NCBI GenBank assembly: GCA_963765125.1
Contig: CAVXUZ010000005.1
Location: 177,816 to 241,815, forward strand
DNA length: 64,000 bases
Direction of reading: 5' to 3'
Source: an uncultured candidate division WWE3 bacterium
GTDB taxonomy: Bacteria; Patescibacteriota; WWE3; UBA101185; UBA10185
Shown here: positions 48,560 through 57,387 of the stretch, piece after piece
How positions within the stretch are numbered: position 1 is the first letter of the stretch
Layout: every line of letters starts with the position of its first letter
Program-made: the position numbers and the translations under genes
The notes under the pieces: generated by a model
Database searches by the model: none
The model's input: the letters and a program-made list of their open reading frames with translations, nothing else
What the model was told of the DNA's origin: nothing

Positions 48560-49306
48560 TCATCTTTCTACTAAATTTTTAAGACCCTTAATTTCTTCGG
48601 CTGTAAGCGCACGCGACTCACCAAGCTCTAAATCACCTAGTGACAAATTACCCATACTGACGCGCCTTAGAGACACGGTTTCGTAGCCCAAAACACGACA
48701 CATTTCTCTAATTTGTCGCTTTTTTCCTTCAAAAAGCGTGATTTCAAACTCTCGGTTATTATTTTTCTTGACAATTGTAGGCATCGTTAAACTATCGTAA
48801 ATCTCCACACCATTTTTTAATGATTTAAGAAAATCCTCAGTAATATTTTTATCCACAACAACAACGTATTTCTTTTCAACATGATATCTTGGGTGGGTAA
48901 TTTTTAGGGCTAAATCACCGTCGTTAGTTAAAAGTATGAGCCCAGTACTGTTGTAGTCCAGCCTACCAACAGGATAAAGTCTGTTTTTTGTTTTCACAAA
49001 ATCTAGTACTGTCCTTCGTCCTCTAGTGTCTATAGTCGTACTTAAAACGTTTATTGGTTTATTAAGCAAGATATATTCAATATTTATATTTTTCTTTATG
49101 TCTTTGTTTCCTACTTTCACTACGTCTTTATCTTGTTTTATTCGCATCATAGACTTTGCAACAATGCCGTTAACAGTAATCTGCCTTTTTTCAAGCAATT
49201 CTTTTACTTTTCGGCGTGAACAAAATCCGTGTTGAGAAATAAAAGAGTCAAGTCTAATTTCTTCATCCGAGTTGTTTTTCTTATTATCTAGGCTTTTTTC
49301 CACCAT
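48560..49306 (-). CDS. pseudouridine synthase, RsuA/RluB family (S4 + catalytic domain)
   Basis: S4 domain (RLDSFISQHGFCSRRKVKELL..ITVNG) and catalytic motif VGRLDYNSTGLILLTNDGDL. Confidence 0.8.
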   Translation of the reverse strand: MVEKSLDNKKNNSDEEIRLDSFISQHGFCSRRKVKELLEKRQITVNGIVAKSMMRIKQDKDVVKVGNKDIKKNINIEYILLNKPINVLSTTIDTRGRRTVLDFVKTKNRLYPVGRLDYNSTGLILLTNDGDLALKITHPRYHVEKKYVVVVDKNITEDFLKSLKNGVEIYDSLTMPTIVKKNNNREFEITLFEGKKRQIREMCRVLGYETVSLRRVSMGNLSLGDLELGESRALTAEEIKGLKNLVER

Positions 49307-49335
49307 AACATTATAATATACTTTGTAAATTACTT

Positions 49336-50517
49336 ATGAAGATTCTATATATTATTAACGGATTAGGTTTTTCCCTAAATACAGGAATTGGTGGCTCTGA
49401 TAAGCGCGCCATTGAAACAATAAGAGGTATGCAAAAAATCGCGCCAGATGATACTTACGGAATTCTAACAACAGACACGGGATTTAATCTTTTTAAAGAT
49501 AAAGAGAGTTTAGACGCAACCTACCATGTAATCAATGAACCTAACTGGTGGCCAAACATTTTTAAAAGCTCAATACTTGGAAGATCCCTTTCGTATCTGT
49601 ATGCTCTTATAAAATCAATAAAGCTAATTAATGAATTTAAAGAATACGATATTTGCTTTTCTACCTCTGATTTCATATACGATTTAATTCCAGCCGTTAT
49701 TTATAAAAAAAGATTTAATAAAAAGCTAGTTTCAATGATCCATCACAGAATAAAATCACCGTTTAGAAGAAATGGAAATGCGCTGATAAATACCATGATG
49801 TACATATCACAAAATATTGGAATATGTTTAATTAAAAAATATTCTGACAAAATATTTTTGTACGACACACCAGAAGGCAAATTAATTGCAAACAGCATTT
49901 TAAAAAATGACAAAAGAATTGTTTTTGTGAAAAACGGTATTGACACAGATTTAATCGATTCTGCTCGTCAGGGTTCAAAACAATACGAAGCTTGCTTTCT
50001 AGGAGGAATAAGGCAAAGCAAAGGGATTGATGAATTTATACCAATCTGGAAAAAAGTAGTAGCAAAAAATCACCACGCCAGGTTCTTAATCATTGGCGGA
50101 GGCAGCAAAGATCAGGTTGATAGTCTAAAACGTAGAGTTAAAGTAAGTAATTTAGAAAACAATATAGTATTTGCAGGACCTCTATCGGGTAAAGAGCTCT
50201 ACGAAAGCATCAAAGGCTCATACCTATTTGTATTTCCTAGCCACGAAGAGGGGTGGGGAATTTCAATATGTGAGGCGATGTATTGCGGTTTACCTATAAT
50301 ATGCTACGACTTGCCAGCCTACAGTGTATTTGGAATCATATTAGATAAAGTGCCTGTTGGTGATGTCGACGCGCTAGTTTATAACGTTCATCGCTATTTA
50401 GACAATGTTAATCTCATTAATCAAAAGTTTGAAGCTCTTCGTGCGACTGCGTTAAAATTTAGCTGGAATACTGTGTCTGCGAATGAGCATGAGCTATTTC
50501 AAAGTCTTGTTGAATAA
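49336..50517 (+). CDS. family-4 (GT-B) glycosyltransferase
   Basis: EX7E motif region (FPSHEEGWGISICEAMYCGLPII). Confidence 0.7.
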   Translation: MKILYIINGLGFSLNTGIGGSDKRAIETIRGMQKIAPDDTYGILTTDTGFNLFKDKESLDATYHVINEPNWWPNIFKSSILGRSLSYLYALIKSIKLINEFKEYDICFSTSDFIYDLIPAVIYKKRFNKKLVSMIHHRIKSPFRRNGNALINTMMYISQNIGICLIKKYSDKIFLYDTPEGKLIANSILKNDKRIVFVKNGIDTDLIDSARQGSKQYEACFLGGIRQSKGIDEFIPIWKKVVAKNHHARFLIIGGGSKDQVDSLKRRVKVSNLENNIVFAGPLSGKELYESIKGSYLFVFPSHEEGWGISICEAMYCGLPIICYDLPAYSVFGIILDKVPVGDVDALVYNVHRYLDNVNLINQKFEALRATALKFSWNTVSANEHELFQSLVE

Positions 50518-50553
50518 AAAAGCACCCTATTTTATTCATAAGGTGCTTAATAT

Positions 50554-51252
50554 TTACAACTTTGCTTTTTCAATCTGGCGCATTCTAAGTTTCAAACCGT
50601 TTGCAGCTGCAATCAAATAAGCAATTGGAACAAGAAACAACGCCCAAGGTGACCACGCATACGCAGCGTCCATCATCCATCCAGTAAGCCACACATTTTT
50701 TGGAATCTTGTTTTTCTCTTTTTTCAGTGAGTACTTAAGATCAGCGTATTCGATCCTTGTCCATTTGCGTATTTCATCTTTTGAATCACCTTCCTGAATA
50801 AGAATCTTTACAATCCCATGTGAGAACCAAACTTTATCGGCAGGAGGATTATCCATTTTATTAATCTCGGTCCAAGCCTCTTTGGATCTAATTATGGCCT
50901 TCATAAGTTCACCCTCTTTTAGATAAACCGATGCCATATGTCTCAAGCACCTTGCTTTTGCGGTTATGTTGTTATCTAAAAGTGCTTCTTCAATTGCACT
51001 TTGGTAGCAACTGTGCGCCTCGTAAAACTGGCTAAGATGCTCGTACGCAAGTCCTTTGTGCCTTAATGCCTCAGACGACTGCGAATGCGTTATTCCTTTA
51101 GCATGGGCCTCCTGAAAGATAGGTATTGAAGCTGATGGATCGCCATGTTCTCTTATTTCTACACCCTGCTCAATGAGTTCCTTAAAAGATTTTTCTGGCA
51201 TACCAAACTCTCCTTTATTGCTATGTTTAGTTTCTTTGCAGTATTTTACCAC
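50554..51252 (-). CDS. hypothetical TPR-like protein with C-terminal TM anchor
   Basis: Helical-repeat composition and a C-terminal hydrophobic segment (WALFLVPIAYLIAAANGL). Confidence 0.35.
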   Translation of the reverse strand: MVKYCKETKHSNKGEFGMPEKSFKELIEQGVEIREHGDPSASIPIFQEAHAKGITHSQSSEALRHKGLAYEHLSQFYEAHSCYQSAIEEALLDNNITAKARCLRHMASVYLKEGELMKAIIRSKEAWTEINKMDNPPADKVWFSHGIVKILIQEGDSKDEIRKWTRIEYADLKYSLKKEKNKIPKNVWLTGWMMDAAYAWSPWALFLVPIAYLIAAANGLKLRMRQIEKAKL

Positions 51253-51298
51253 TCACAAAATATATTTCAATTGCTCTAGGTTATTGGGTAAGTTTAAT

Positions 51299-52474
51299 TT
51301 ATGGTTTGATGATTTTTAACAACTTGCCTTTACCATATTTAACGATGCATTCAGACTTAATAAGAAAATCAACATTCTCAACTTTTTCTTCGCCAACGTA
51401 CACCCCTCCCTGCTGTATCCTTCTTTTTGCCTCGCTGTTTGATGGTAAACATCCTGATGAAACAAGCACTTCGACAATGTTTAAACCACTGTCTTTGAGT
51501 TTAGCTTCTGGTATATTCTCGGCGTTCTGTGCCTCTTTTGCAGCGGCATCGCCGTGAATGAGCTTTGTTACTTCATACGCCAATCTTTTTTGCGCTTCTT
51601 TTGGTGATTTTATAATCAAATCAATTTCTTCGAGAGGTAAAAATGTAAAAAGCTTAAATAGTGTTGGCACCATATCATCTGGTGTTTTTACAATGTATTG
51701 ATAAAAATCAAATGCTGAGGTTCTATTTACATCCAACCAAACAGGACCTTTCTCTGTTTTTCCCATCTTCACACCGTCTGCAGTAGTTAATAGTGGAAAT
51801 GTCAAAGCAAATACGTTAGCTCCATCTTCTGATTTTCGTATAAGGTCTACTCCTGCAAGAATATTCGCCCACTGGTCCTGACCGCCCGCCTGAAGTTTAC
51901 ATTTGTGTCTTTTATAAAGTTCTAGATAATCCCATGCCTGAAGAGCTGGGTAACAAAATTCTAAAAGTGAAAGTGGTCTATTTTCAGAAAGTCTATCTGA
52001 GAAAGTTCTCATAGAAACGAGCTCGTTAACACTAAAGTATCTTGCAATTTTGATAAGAAAATCATCTAAAAACTTAAACTCTCCTAACCACTCAACATTG
52101 TTTACCATCGTAGCAGCATTTTCACCAGAAAATCGTAATAAACCTAGGTCTTCAACCTGTTTTTTAAGAACTACGGCGTTTTCTTCGATGAATTCGCGTG
52201 TTACAAGGTTTCTTTGTGTACTTTTACCAGAAGGATCTCCCACAAGGCCTGTTCCCCCTCCGATCAAAAAAATGACTTTGTGACCATATTCTTGAAAATA
52301 ATGCATTGCCATAAGCAAAAGAAGGTGTCCAAGATGCAATGACTGCGCTGAAGGGTCAAAGCCTATGTACATCGCAACAGGCTGCTCTAGGGCTAATTTT
52401 AATCCAACCTCATCGCTTGTATCGTATACGTAACCTCTTTGCTTTAATATTTCGAATACATTTTGTTTTTTCAT
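51299..52474 (-). CDS. tyrS: tyrosyl-tRNA synthetase
   Basis: HIGH (LHLGHLL), KMSKS variant (KMGKTE) and a C-terminal S4 domain. Start trimmed to MKKQNVFEIL, since the track's N-terminal extension would overlap the upstream gene. Confidence 0.9.
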   Translation of the reverse strand: MKKQNVFEILKQRGYVYDTSDEVGLKLALEQPVAMYIGFDPSAQSLHLGHLLLLMAMHYFQEYGHKVIFLIGGGTGLVGDPSGKSTQRNLVTREFIEENAVVLKKQVEDLGLLRFSGENAATMVNNVEWLGEFKFLDDFLIKIARYFSVNELVSMRTFSDRLSENRPLSLLEFCYPALQAWDYLELYKRHKCKLQAGGQDQWANILAGVDLIRKSEDGANVFALTFPLLTTADGVKMGKTEKGPVWLDVNRTSAFDFYQYIVKTPDDMVPTLFKLFTFLPLEEIDLIIKSPKEAQKRLAYEVTKLIHGDAAAKEAQNAENIPEAKLKDSGLNIVEVLVSSGCLPSNSEAKRRIQQGGVYVGEEKVENVDFLIKSECIVKYGKGKLLKIIKP

Positions 52475-52475
52475 A

Positions 52476-53090
52476 TTATTTTGTTGGCATCCACCCGCAG
52501 GAAATTTTATTCTCTGCTGAATATATAATACACATTGCAGACTTAAATCTATAGTCCTCATCTTTTGGGGCAATATATCCAATCCCACCTCTGCCATCCT
52601 TGCTCACGTAATTAAAATCACCCAGCTCATTCACCCAACCATCATTCTCAAAAAACTTTTCAATCTTCTTCTTGCTCTCATAACTTATACGTATAGTTTT
52701 TGCATTTGAAAGTGTTAGTGTTGCATCTTGCGCTGTCCATAATGTTTGTTCTTGCGTTATTGCAAGATCGCTTAATCCTGCAACTTCTGCAAAAGTGATC
52801 ATCAGACTATCTGTTGTGTCTGGTTTAGCTGTCTCAACAATATTTTCATCTTCTTTTACTGAAATTGTAAAAACAGCAATCGCTAATCCTATTAAAACAA
52901 CAAATAGAAATATTATCATTTTTAGAGAAAGCAACTTAAACAAAATATTTCTTTTGTTGTCTTTTTTTGTTTCGTCGTAAATATTGGTCATAAATACAAC
53001 ATCTTCTTTTTGCTTATGCTTATTTTGATAAATTTTAATAAATTCGATATTTTGTGAAATTAATTTCTTAATATATGTGATTAATTCCAT
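52476..53090 (-). CDS. hypothetical membrane-anchored protein
   Basis: 204 aa with one TM after a basic N-terminus. Confidence 0.4.
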   Translation of the reverse strand: MELITYIKKLISQNIEFIKIYQNKHKQKEDVVFMTNIYDETKKDNKRNILFKLLSLKMIIFLFVVLIGLAIAVFTISVKEDENIVETAKPDTTDSLMITFAEVAGLSDLAITQEQTLWTAQDATLTLSNAKTIRISYESKKKIEKFFENDGWVNELGDFNYVSKDGRGGIGYIAPKDEDYRFKSAMCIIYSAENKISCGWMPTK

Positions 53091-53732
53091 ACATTATTTA
53101 TATCATATTGTGTAAAAGCTTCTTTTGAGAAAGTGGCAAATTAAAAACAGCCGCGTTGTTAATACTTGCGACTGTTTAAGTAATTTGTGGAAAGCAAAAT
53201 ACCTTATTCGTAGGCTCAAACGGTATAGGAATATACTTTAAACCCTTTCCTTTTCTTACTGTTGTAGCAATTTTACAGTATTTTTGTACAATTTATAAAA
53301 GTAGGATTTATACGTACATATGCCATTTTTCAACAAAAAATGATTTGACCCCAGATTATTCTATTTCTCTGAGGTCTATAGTTTATAAGAATTCTTTTTA
53401 ACTGGTTACTGTTCTTATTTGTTTAAATAACATCATACTGAGTTTTTAATGCATACCTCTTCGCTCGCCAGTGACGCCAAAATGGTAGCCCAAAAAAGAG
53501 CTTTGCATCCTTTAACGTGCTATACAAAAATCCGTCAGTACCAACATAACCTTTATATCTACCACAGTCTTGTAAAACAGATACACTCTTTTTGTTAACT
53601 ATTAAATCAATCACATACACGTACCCACGCATTGTTACTGCCTCCTTCTCAGAATTGGTTTAAGATCAGGCGTTAAATATAATTGCTGGAATTATATGCA
53701 GTTTTACCATACGAGTCAAACGCTACAGGATA

Positions 53733-53748
53733 TTGGGGTGGCTGACCG
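53733..53748. repeat. 16-nt direct repeat of the tRNA-His 3' end (att-like)
   Basis: ttggggtggctgaccg occurs identically at 53733-53748 and again at 53900-53915, where it is the tRNA-His 3' end. Confidence 0.6.
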
Positions 53749-53850
53749 AACTCGGTCACGTGTCTTTTGTCTGTAGCTCACTTTGGTGCACAACATACAA
53801 AAGCACTCGACCCCGCCTCCTTCGCTTCGCTCAGTCCGGCATTCGATCCC

Positions 53851-53900
53851 TGTAAACACAAAGAAAGCTGTCATCCACCTTCGGTGAATACCAGCTTTCT
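53851..53900 (-). terminator. rho-independent terminator immediately after tRNA-His
   Basis: agaaagctg / cagctttct 9-bp stem. On the minus strand it is followed by TTTGTGTTT. Confidence 0.45.
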
Positions 53901-53976
53901 TGGGGTGGCTGACCGGGCTCGAACCGGCGACATCCTCTTCCACAGAGAGGCGCTCTACCACTGAACTACAGCCACC
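53901..53976 (-). tRNA. tRNA-His (anticodon GUG) with genome-encoded G-1
   Basis: Reverse complement G|GTGGCTGTAGTTCAGTGGTAGAGCG CCTCT CTGTGGA AGAGG...GGTTCGAGCCCGG TCAGCCAC C CCA. There is an extra 5' G opposite discriminator C73. Confidence 0.8.
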
Positions 53977-54005
53977 GCGCACAATTACAGGGGAATTATA
54001 ACATT

Positions 54006-55427
54006 TTAATTAGTCTTTACGTGTTTCCAGTTTATAAAGTCTAAAAATCTATCGCCGGTGGTAAAGGTGTATTTATCACCAACCCCCTCTATATATTTTG
54101 AGATGTAATGCTTACTGAATGGGTGATACAAAAATATAGCAGGTGTCGTTTCAACTACTACTTTTTGAAATTCGTTGTAGTGTGTAACCCTCTTTGCCTG
54201 ATCAGGCTCATTTCGACCCTCTTCTAACGCCCTGTCTGCACGAACTTGCTCAAATCCGCTTAAATTAAGCCCTGGAGCATCTTTTTGTGTTGAATGCCAA
54301 TTTATATACCTATCCGGATCTCTATCAACTTCTTGCCCGTAAAACAATATTTCAAAATTTCTAGGGTTTATTGCCTCGTCAACGATTTTGTCTGATGCTA
54401 TTTCGATAGTTTTAACCTCTAAACCAAATTTGTCTTCCCAAATATGCGCGATATTCTCTGCCATTTTTTTATGTGCTTTAATATCAGGAACTGTGATTCT
54501 TAATGTCAAATCTTTATAATCAGCGCTTATATCGGCAGAGCCATCAAAATCGATGGACTTATCGGTAAATGAACTTCGACTAATGGGTCCTTGAACTCTG
54601 ATGCCTTTTTCGTAAATTAGTTGATCGATGTCTAGAGCTGCTAAAAGGTTATCTCTAAGTTTAACGTCTTGATACTTTTCATCGCGTAAATTAAAAAATA
54701 GCGCATAGTAAACACCTTGCAGAGGTAAGTTAAACTTTTCAAAATTGTCTATTGAATATTCTTGGTCTGACACAAATCCATCAATCTCACCTAATTTTGC
54801 TGCTGTAAGAATCTCGTTTTCATTTGCGTAACATCTGAAACTTAAACGTCTTATATCAAGTTCTGGTTTTTCGTGAACTAGAACAATCTGTTTAATTACT
54901 GGGCCACTTCTTTCAACGCGTGCCACCTTAAACGGTCCGCTACTGATTGGATTTAATTGATCCATTTTTTCTTCTGACTCATCCGGCATAACGCCGACTG
55001 TTAAAAGATTTAGAAAGGGAGAGTATTTGTTTGGTAATGTATAACGTACTGTTAAATCGTCAACTCGATCTGTTGCCACACCCGCAAGATTACTAACCTT
55101 ATAAGAGGTATAAATTAAATCGTCTGCGTTAATTTGTTTTCCGTTTGACCAATACTGCTTATCTTTTAGTTTTATTGTGTAAACAAGACCATCCTCTGAA
55201 ATACTCCAAGTTTCGGCGAGATCAGGTATTAAAGTACCGTATATGTCATATTCGAACAATCCTCTGTAGATCATTCTTGAAATAGTGTTATCGATTTTAT
55301 TTACGGTTTGGCTGGGTAAAAATGAGTTTGGCTGGCCGACAACGCCCTCTGTGTAATCATTGACCGTTGGCGATATTCCTAACCAAAATGTGTTTATGAC
55401 AAAAATTATATGTGTTAAGAAATTCAC
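54006..55427 (-). CDS. ABC-type solute-binding protein, family 5 (peptide/nickel SBP), membrane-anchored
   Basis: 473 aa. N-terminal TM, then SBP_bac_5-like domain order. No cognate permease or ATPase genes adjacent. Confidence 0.55.
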   Translation of the reverse strand: MNFLTHIIFVINTFWLGISPTVNDYTEGVVGQPNSFLPSQTVNKIDNTISRMIYRGLFEYDIYGTLIPDLAETWSISEDGLVYTIKLKDKQYWSNGKQINADDLIYTSYKVSNLAGVATDRVDDLTVRYTLPNKYSPFLNLLTVGVMPDESEEKMDQLNPISSGPFKVARVERSGPVIKQIVLVHEKPELDIRRLSFRCYANENEILTAAKLGEIDGFVSDQEYSIDNFEKFNLPLQGVYYALFFNLRDEKYQDVKLRDNLLAALDIDQLIYEKGIRVQGPISRSSFTDKSIDFDGSADISADYKDLTLRITVPDIKAHKKMAENIAHIWEDKFGLEVKTIEIASDKIVDEAINPRNFEILFYGQEVDRDPDRYINWHSTQKDAPGLNLSGFEQVRADRALEEGRNEPDQAKRVTHYNEFQKVVVETTPAIFLYHPFSKHYISKYIEGVGDKYTFTTGDRFLDFINWKHVKTN

Positions 55428-55431
55428 GTTG

Positions 55432-56598
55432 TTATTTTAACAAAATTTGCTGATAAATATCTCTATGTTGCTCTGCAATCTTTTTCCAGCTTCTTGCTAC
55501 AGCCTTTTTAGCAACGTTTGTCTCTATCTCTTTTACCAACTGTGGGTTTTCAGCAATCTCTAGAAATGCTTTATCCCAGTCGCTATTTGATGTTAAATAG
55601 CCATCAACCTTGTGAGTAATCTCTTCATTATAATTTCCTATTTTCGAAGCAATTACACATTTTTTAAATCCGAAAGCCTGTGCTAAAGGTCCGCTTGCTG
55701 AAATACTTATTACTGCCGGTATAACGCAACAATACGCACGACTAAACTGTTTTTCGATTTGTTCTTTTTCTAAAAAGCCTAAAATGTTTACGTTGTTAGT
55801 TAATTTAAGTTTTTTAATCAGATTTTTTATTTCTTCAAACGCAAATTCCTGGCCTTTAATAACTCCTCCGCCCATAATTAGTTTTGTATTTTTATACTTT
55901 GGATTTTGAATAAACTTTGCAAACCCTCTCAAAATATTTTCTATTCCTTTGCGTCTTGCAAAATAACCAAAATAAAAAAAGTCCTTTGACCTTTCTTTTG
56001 TAGACGAATTTATGATTTTTACACCGTGACTTAAAACCTCAACTTTTTCTTTTTTTACACCATAATCATTTGTTAACCACTTTTTTAATAAATTGGTATG
56101 AACAATAACTTTTTCTACAAGCAGACCTGTTACAAGCGCAAAATAATTAAAGAAACTAATGAGAAGTTCTGGTTTGATGATTGATTTGCCTCCTCTAAAC
56201 ATTCCAACAAAATTCTGGTCAATTATCTTTTTGGGTACAACAGCGTGCTGGGTAATAACAATTTTAAATCCGTAGATTCTTAAAATCATAAAAAACAGAG
56301 GTAAAAAAGAGTTTGTAAGTGCTCCACCAAACATATTAGTTTCATATTGAAAATGCACGATTTTTGGACGATCGATGAAGAGTTCGCTTAAAATAGATAC
56401 AAAAAATAATACCCCCTTTTGCCAAACGGGCTTAACTTTGCCAAAACCACTGGTTTGTCTACTCCTCGTTGAAGTTGGTGCATACACAACTAGCTCTGGT
56501 TTATCTGATTTTGACAGCTTTTCGTACTCTTGAACCAAAAAACTCGAATAGTTAGAATACGGCTCCAAACTGGTAATCATCACAACTATATTTTTCAT
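55432..56598 (-). CDS. family-4 (GT-B) glycosyltransferase
   Basis: C-terminal GT4 fold features (EGFGLP-like region reduced). 388 aa. Confidence 0.6.
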   Translation of the reverse strand: MKNIVVMITSLEPYSNYSSFLVQEYEKLSKSDKPELVVYAPTSTRSRQTSGFGKVKPVWQKGVLFFVSILSELFIDRPKIVHFQYETNMFGGALTNSFLPLFFMILRIYGFKIVITQHAVVPKKIIDQNFVGMFRGGKSIIKPELLISFFNYFALVTGLLVEKVIVHTNLLKKWLTNDYGVKKEKVEVLSHGVKIINSSTKERSKDFFYFGYFARRKGIENILRGFAKFIQNPKYKNTKLIMGGGVIKGQEFAFEEIKNLIKKLKLTNNVNILGFLEKEQIEKQFSRAYCCVIPAVISISASGPLAQAFGFKKCVIASKIGNYNEEITHKVDGYLTSNSDWDKAFLEIAENPQLVKEIETNVAKKAVARSWKKIAEQHRDIYQQILLK

Positions 56599-56716
56599 TG
56601 AGTAGAATATATCATAACAACAGCCTGCTTATCTAAGTTGTAATTACAACAACTAGCTGTTAAAATCTTGAGGGAATTTTTGTATAATACAAAATACAAC
56701 TTTCTCTTTTAAGAAT

Positions 56717-56791
56717 GGCCCCATCGTCTAACGGTTAGGACATCAGGTTTTCATCCTGGAAATCGGAGTTCGATTCTCCGTGGGGTCACCA
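56717..56791 (+). tRNA. tRNA-Glu (anticodon UUC)
   Basis: GGCCCCATCGTCTAACGGTTAGGACA TCAGG TTTTCAT CCTGG...GGAGTTCGATTCTCC GTGGGGTC A CCA. Confidence 0.85.
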
Positions 56792-56792
56792 A

Positions 56793-56830
56793 AAGCGCAG
56801 ATATCACCTAGCGTGATAGTTGCGCTTTTG
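56793..56830 (+). terminator. rho-independent terminator immediately after tRNA-Glu
   Basis: aagcgca(gatatcac ctagc gtgatagt)tgcgctt long hairpin followed by TTTG. Confidence 0.5.
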
Positions 56831-56914
56831 TGATTTCGGAGGGGACGTACTAGCGTAAGCGTGTTCGACAATTTGAACAAAGTGAGAATTGGTAGCGAAC
56901 ATAGTGAGCGTGTT

Positions 56915-56932
56915 TCTCCGTGGGGTCACCAT
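56915..56932. repeat. 18-nt direct repeat of the tRNA-Glu 3' end (att-like)
   Basis: ttctccgtggggtcacca occurs identically at 56774-56791 (inside tRNA-Glu) and at 56915-56932. Confidence 0.6.
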
Positions 56933-56998
56933 AATCTTGAATTATGCGTAAAAAAACACCACATTTGGATATACCGTGAATGTGGTGTTTGTTTTTTT

Positions 56999-57316
56999 TT
57001 AGTGCCTATCTAAATTGTGTAACCCGTTGTAGTATCTCATGGCCTTTTCGTACCCCTGGTTATCGAATATTGCTTTTACAAAACCTGGAATAAGTGCGTC
57101 AACTTTCCTGATTTCAAGTCCAGTACCTGGCGTTTTGATGTAATCCCAAATTGTTATGGACATTAGAAGAACAAACTCTTCGGGGGTCATCTCTTGTCCA
57201 GACCAACAAAGTAAGACAGGATATACATTTTTCTCTATCGCCTCTTCTGAACAGACGTCTCTTAGTTTGCTCAAAAGTTCAACCTGCCTCGGTAAAACAA
57301 CTGTTTCGTTGTCCAT
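56999..57316 (-). CDS. hypothetical protein
   Basis: 105 aa. No motif. Confidence 0.35.
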   Translation of the reverse strand: MDNETVVLPRQVELLSKLRDVCSEEAIEKNVYPVLLCWSGQEMTPEEFVLLMSITIWDYIKTPGTGLEIRKVDALIPGFVKAIFDNQGYEKAMRYYNGLHNLDRH

Positions 57317-57387
57317 TAGCCTCTCCTTAGGTTATTTAGATGTTATGATTATACCTCACAAAGCCTATAGCGTCTAATGCTGTCTAC

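Noticed and set aside
53091-53420. tmRNA / RNase P RNA in the long gap upstream of tRNA-His
   Set aside because: I could not find the conserved tmRNA 5' GGGG...tRNA-like 3' end pairing or the RNase P P4 AGGAAAGUCCGGGC-type motifs. Only a partial agtccgg match was present, which is insufficient.
53716-53982. 88-aa minus-strand ORF (MRGGCSSVVERLSVEEDVAGSSPV...)
   Set aside because: It spans tRNA-His and the att-like repeat. The VVERLSVEEDVAGSSPV-type peptide is the usual translation of a tRNA T-arm/acceptor.
53733-56932. Integrated mobile element or prophage at tRNA-His or tRNA-Glu
   Set aside because: The tRNA 3' direct repeats are real, but they bound only ~125-165 bp. No integrase, recombinase or phage gene lies nearby, so a conventional island is not supported. 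The observation is reported as a finding instead.
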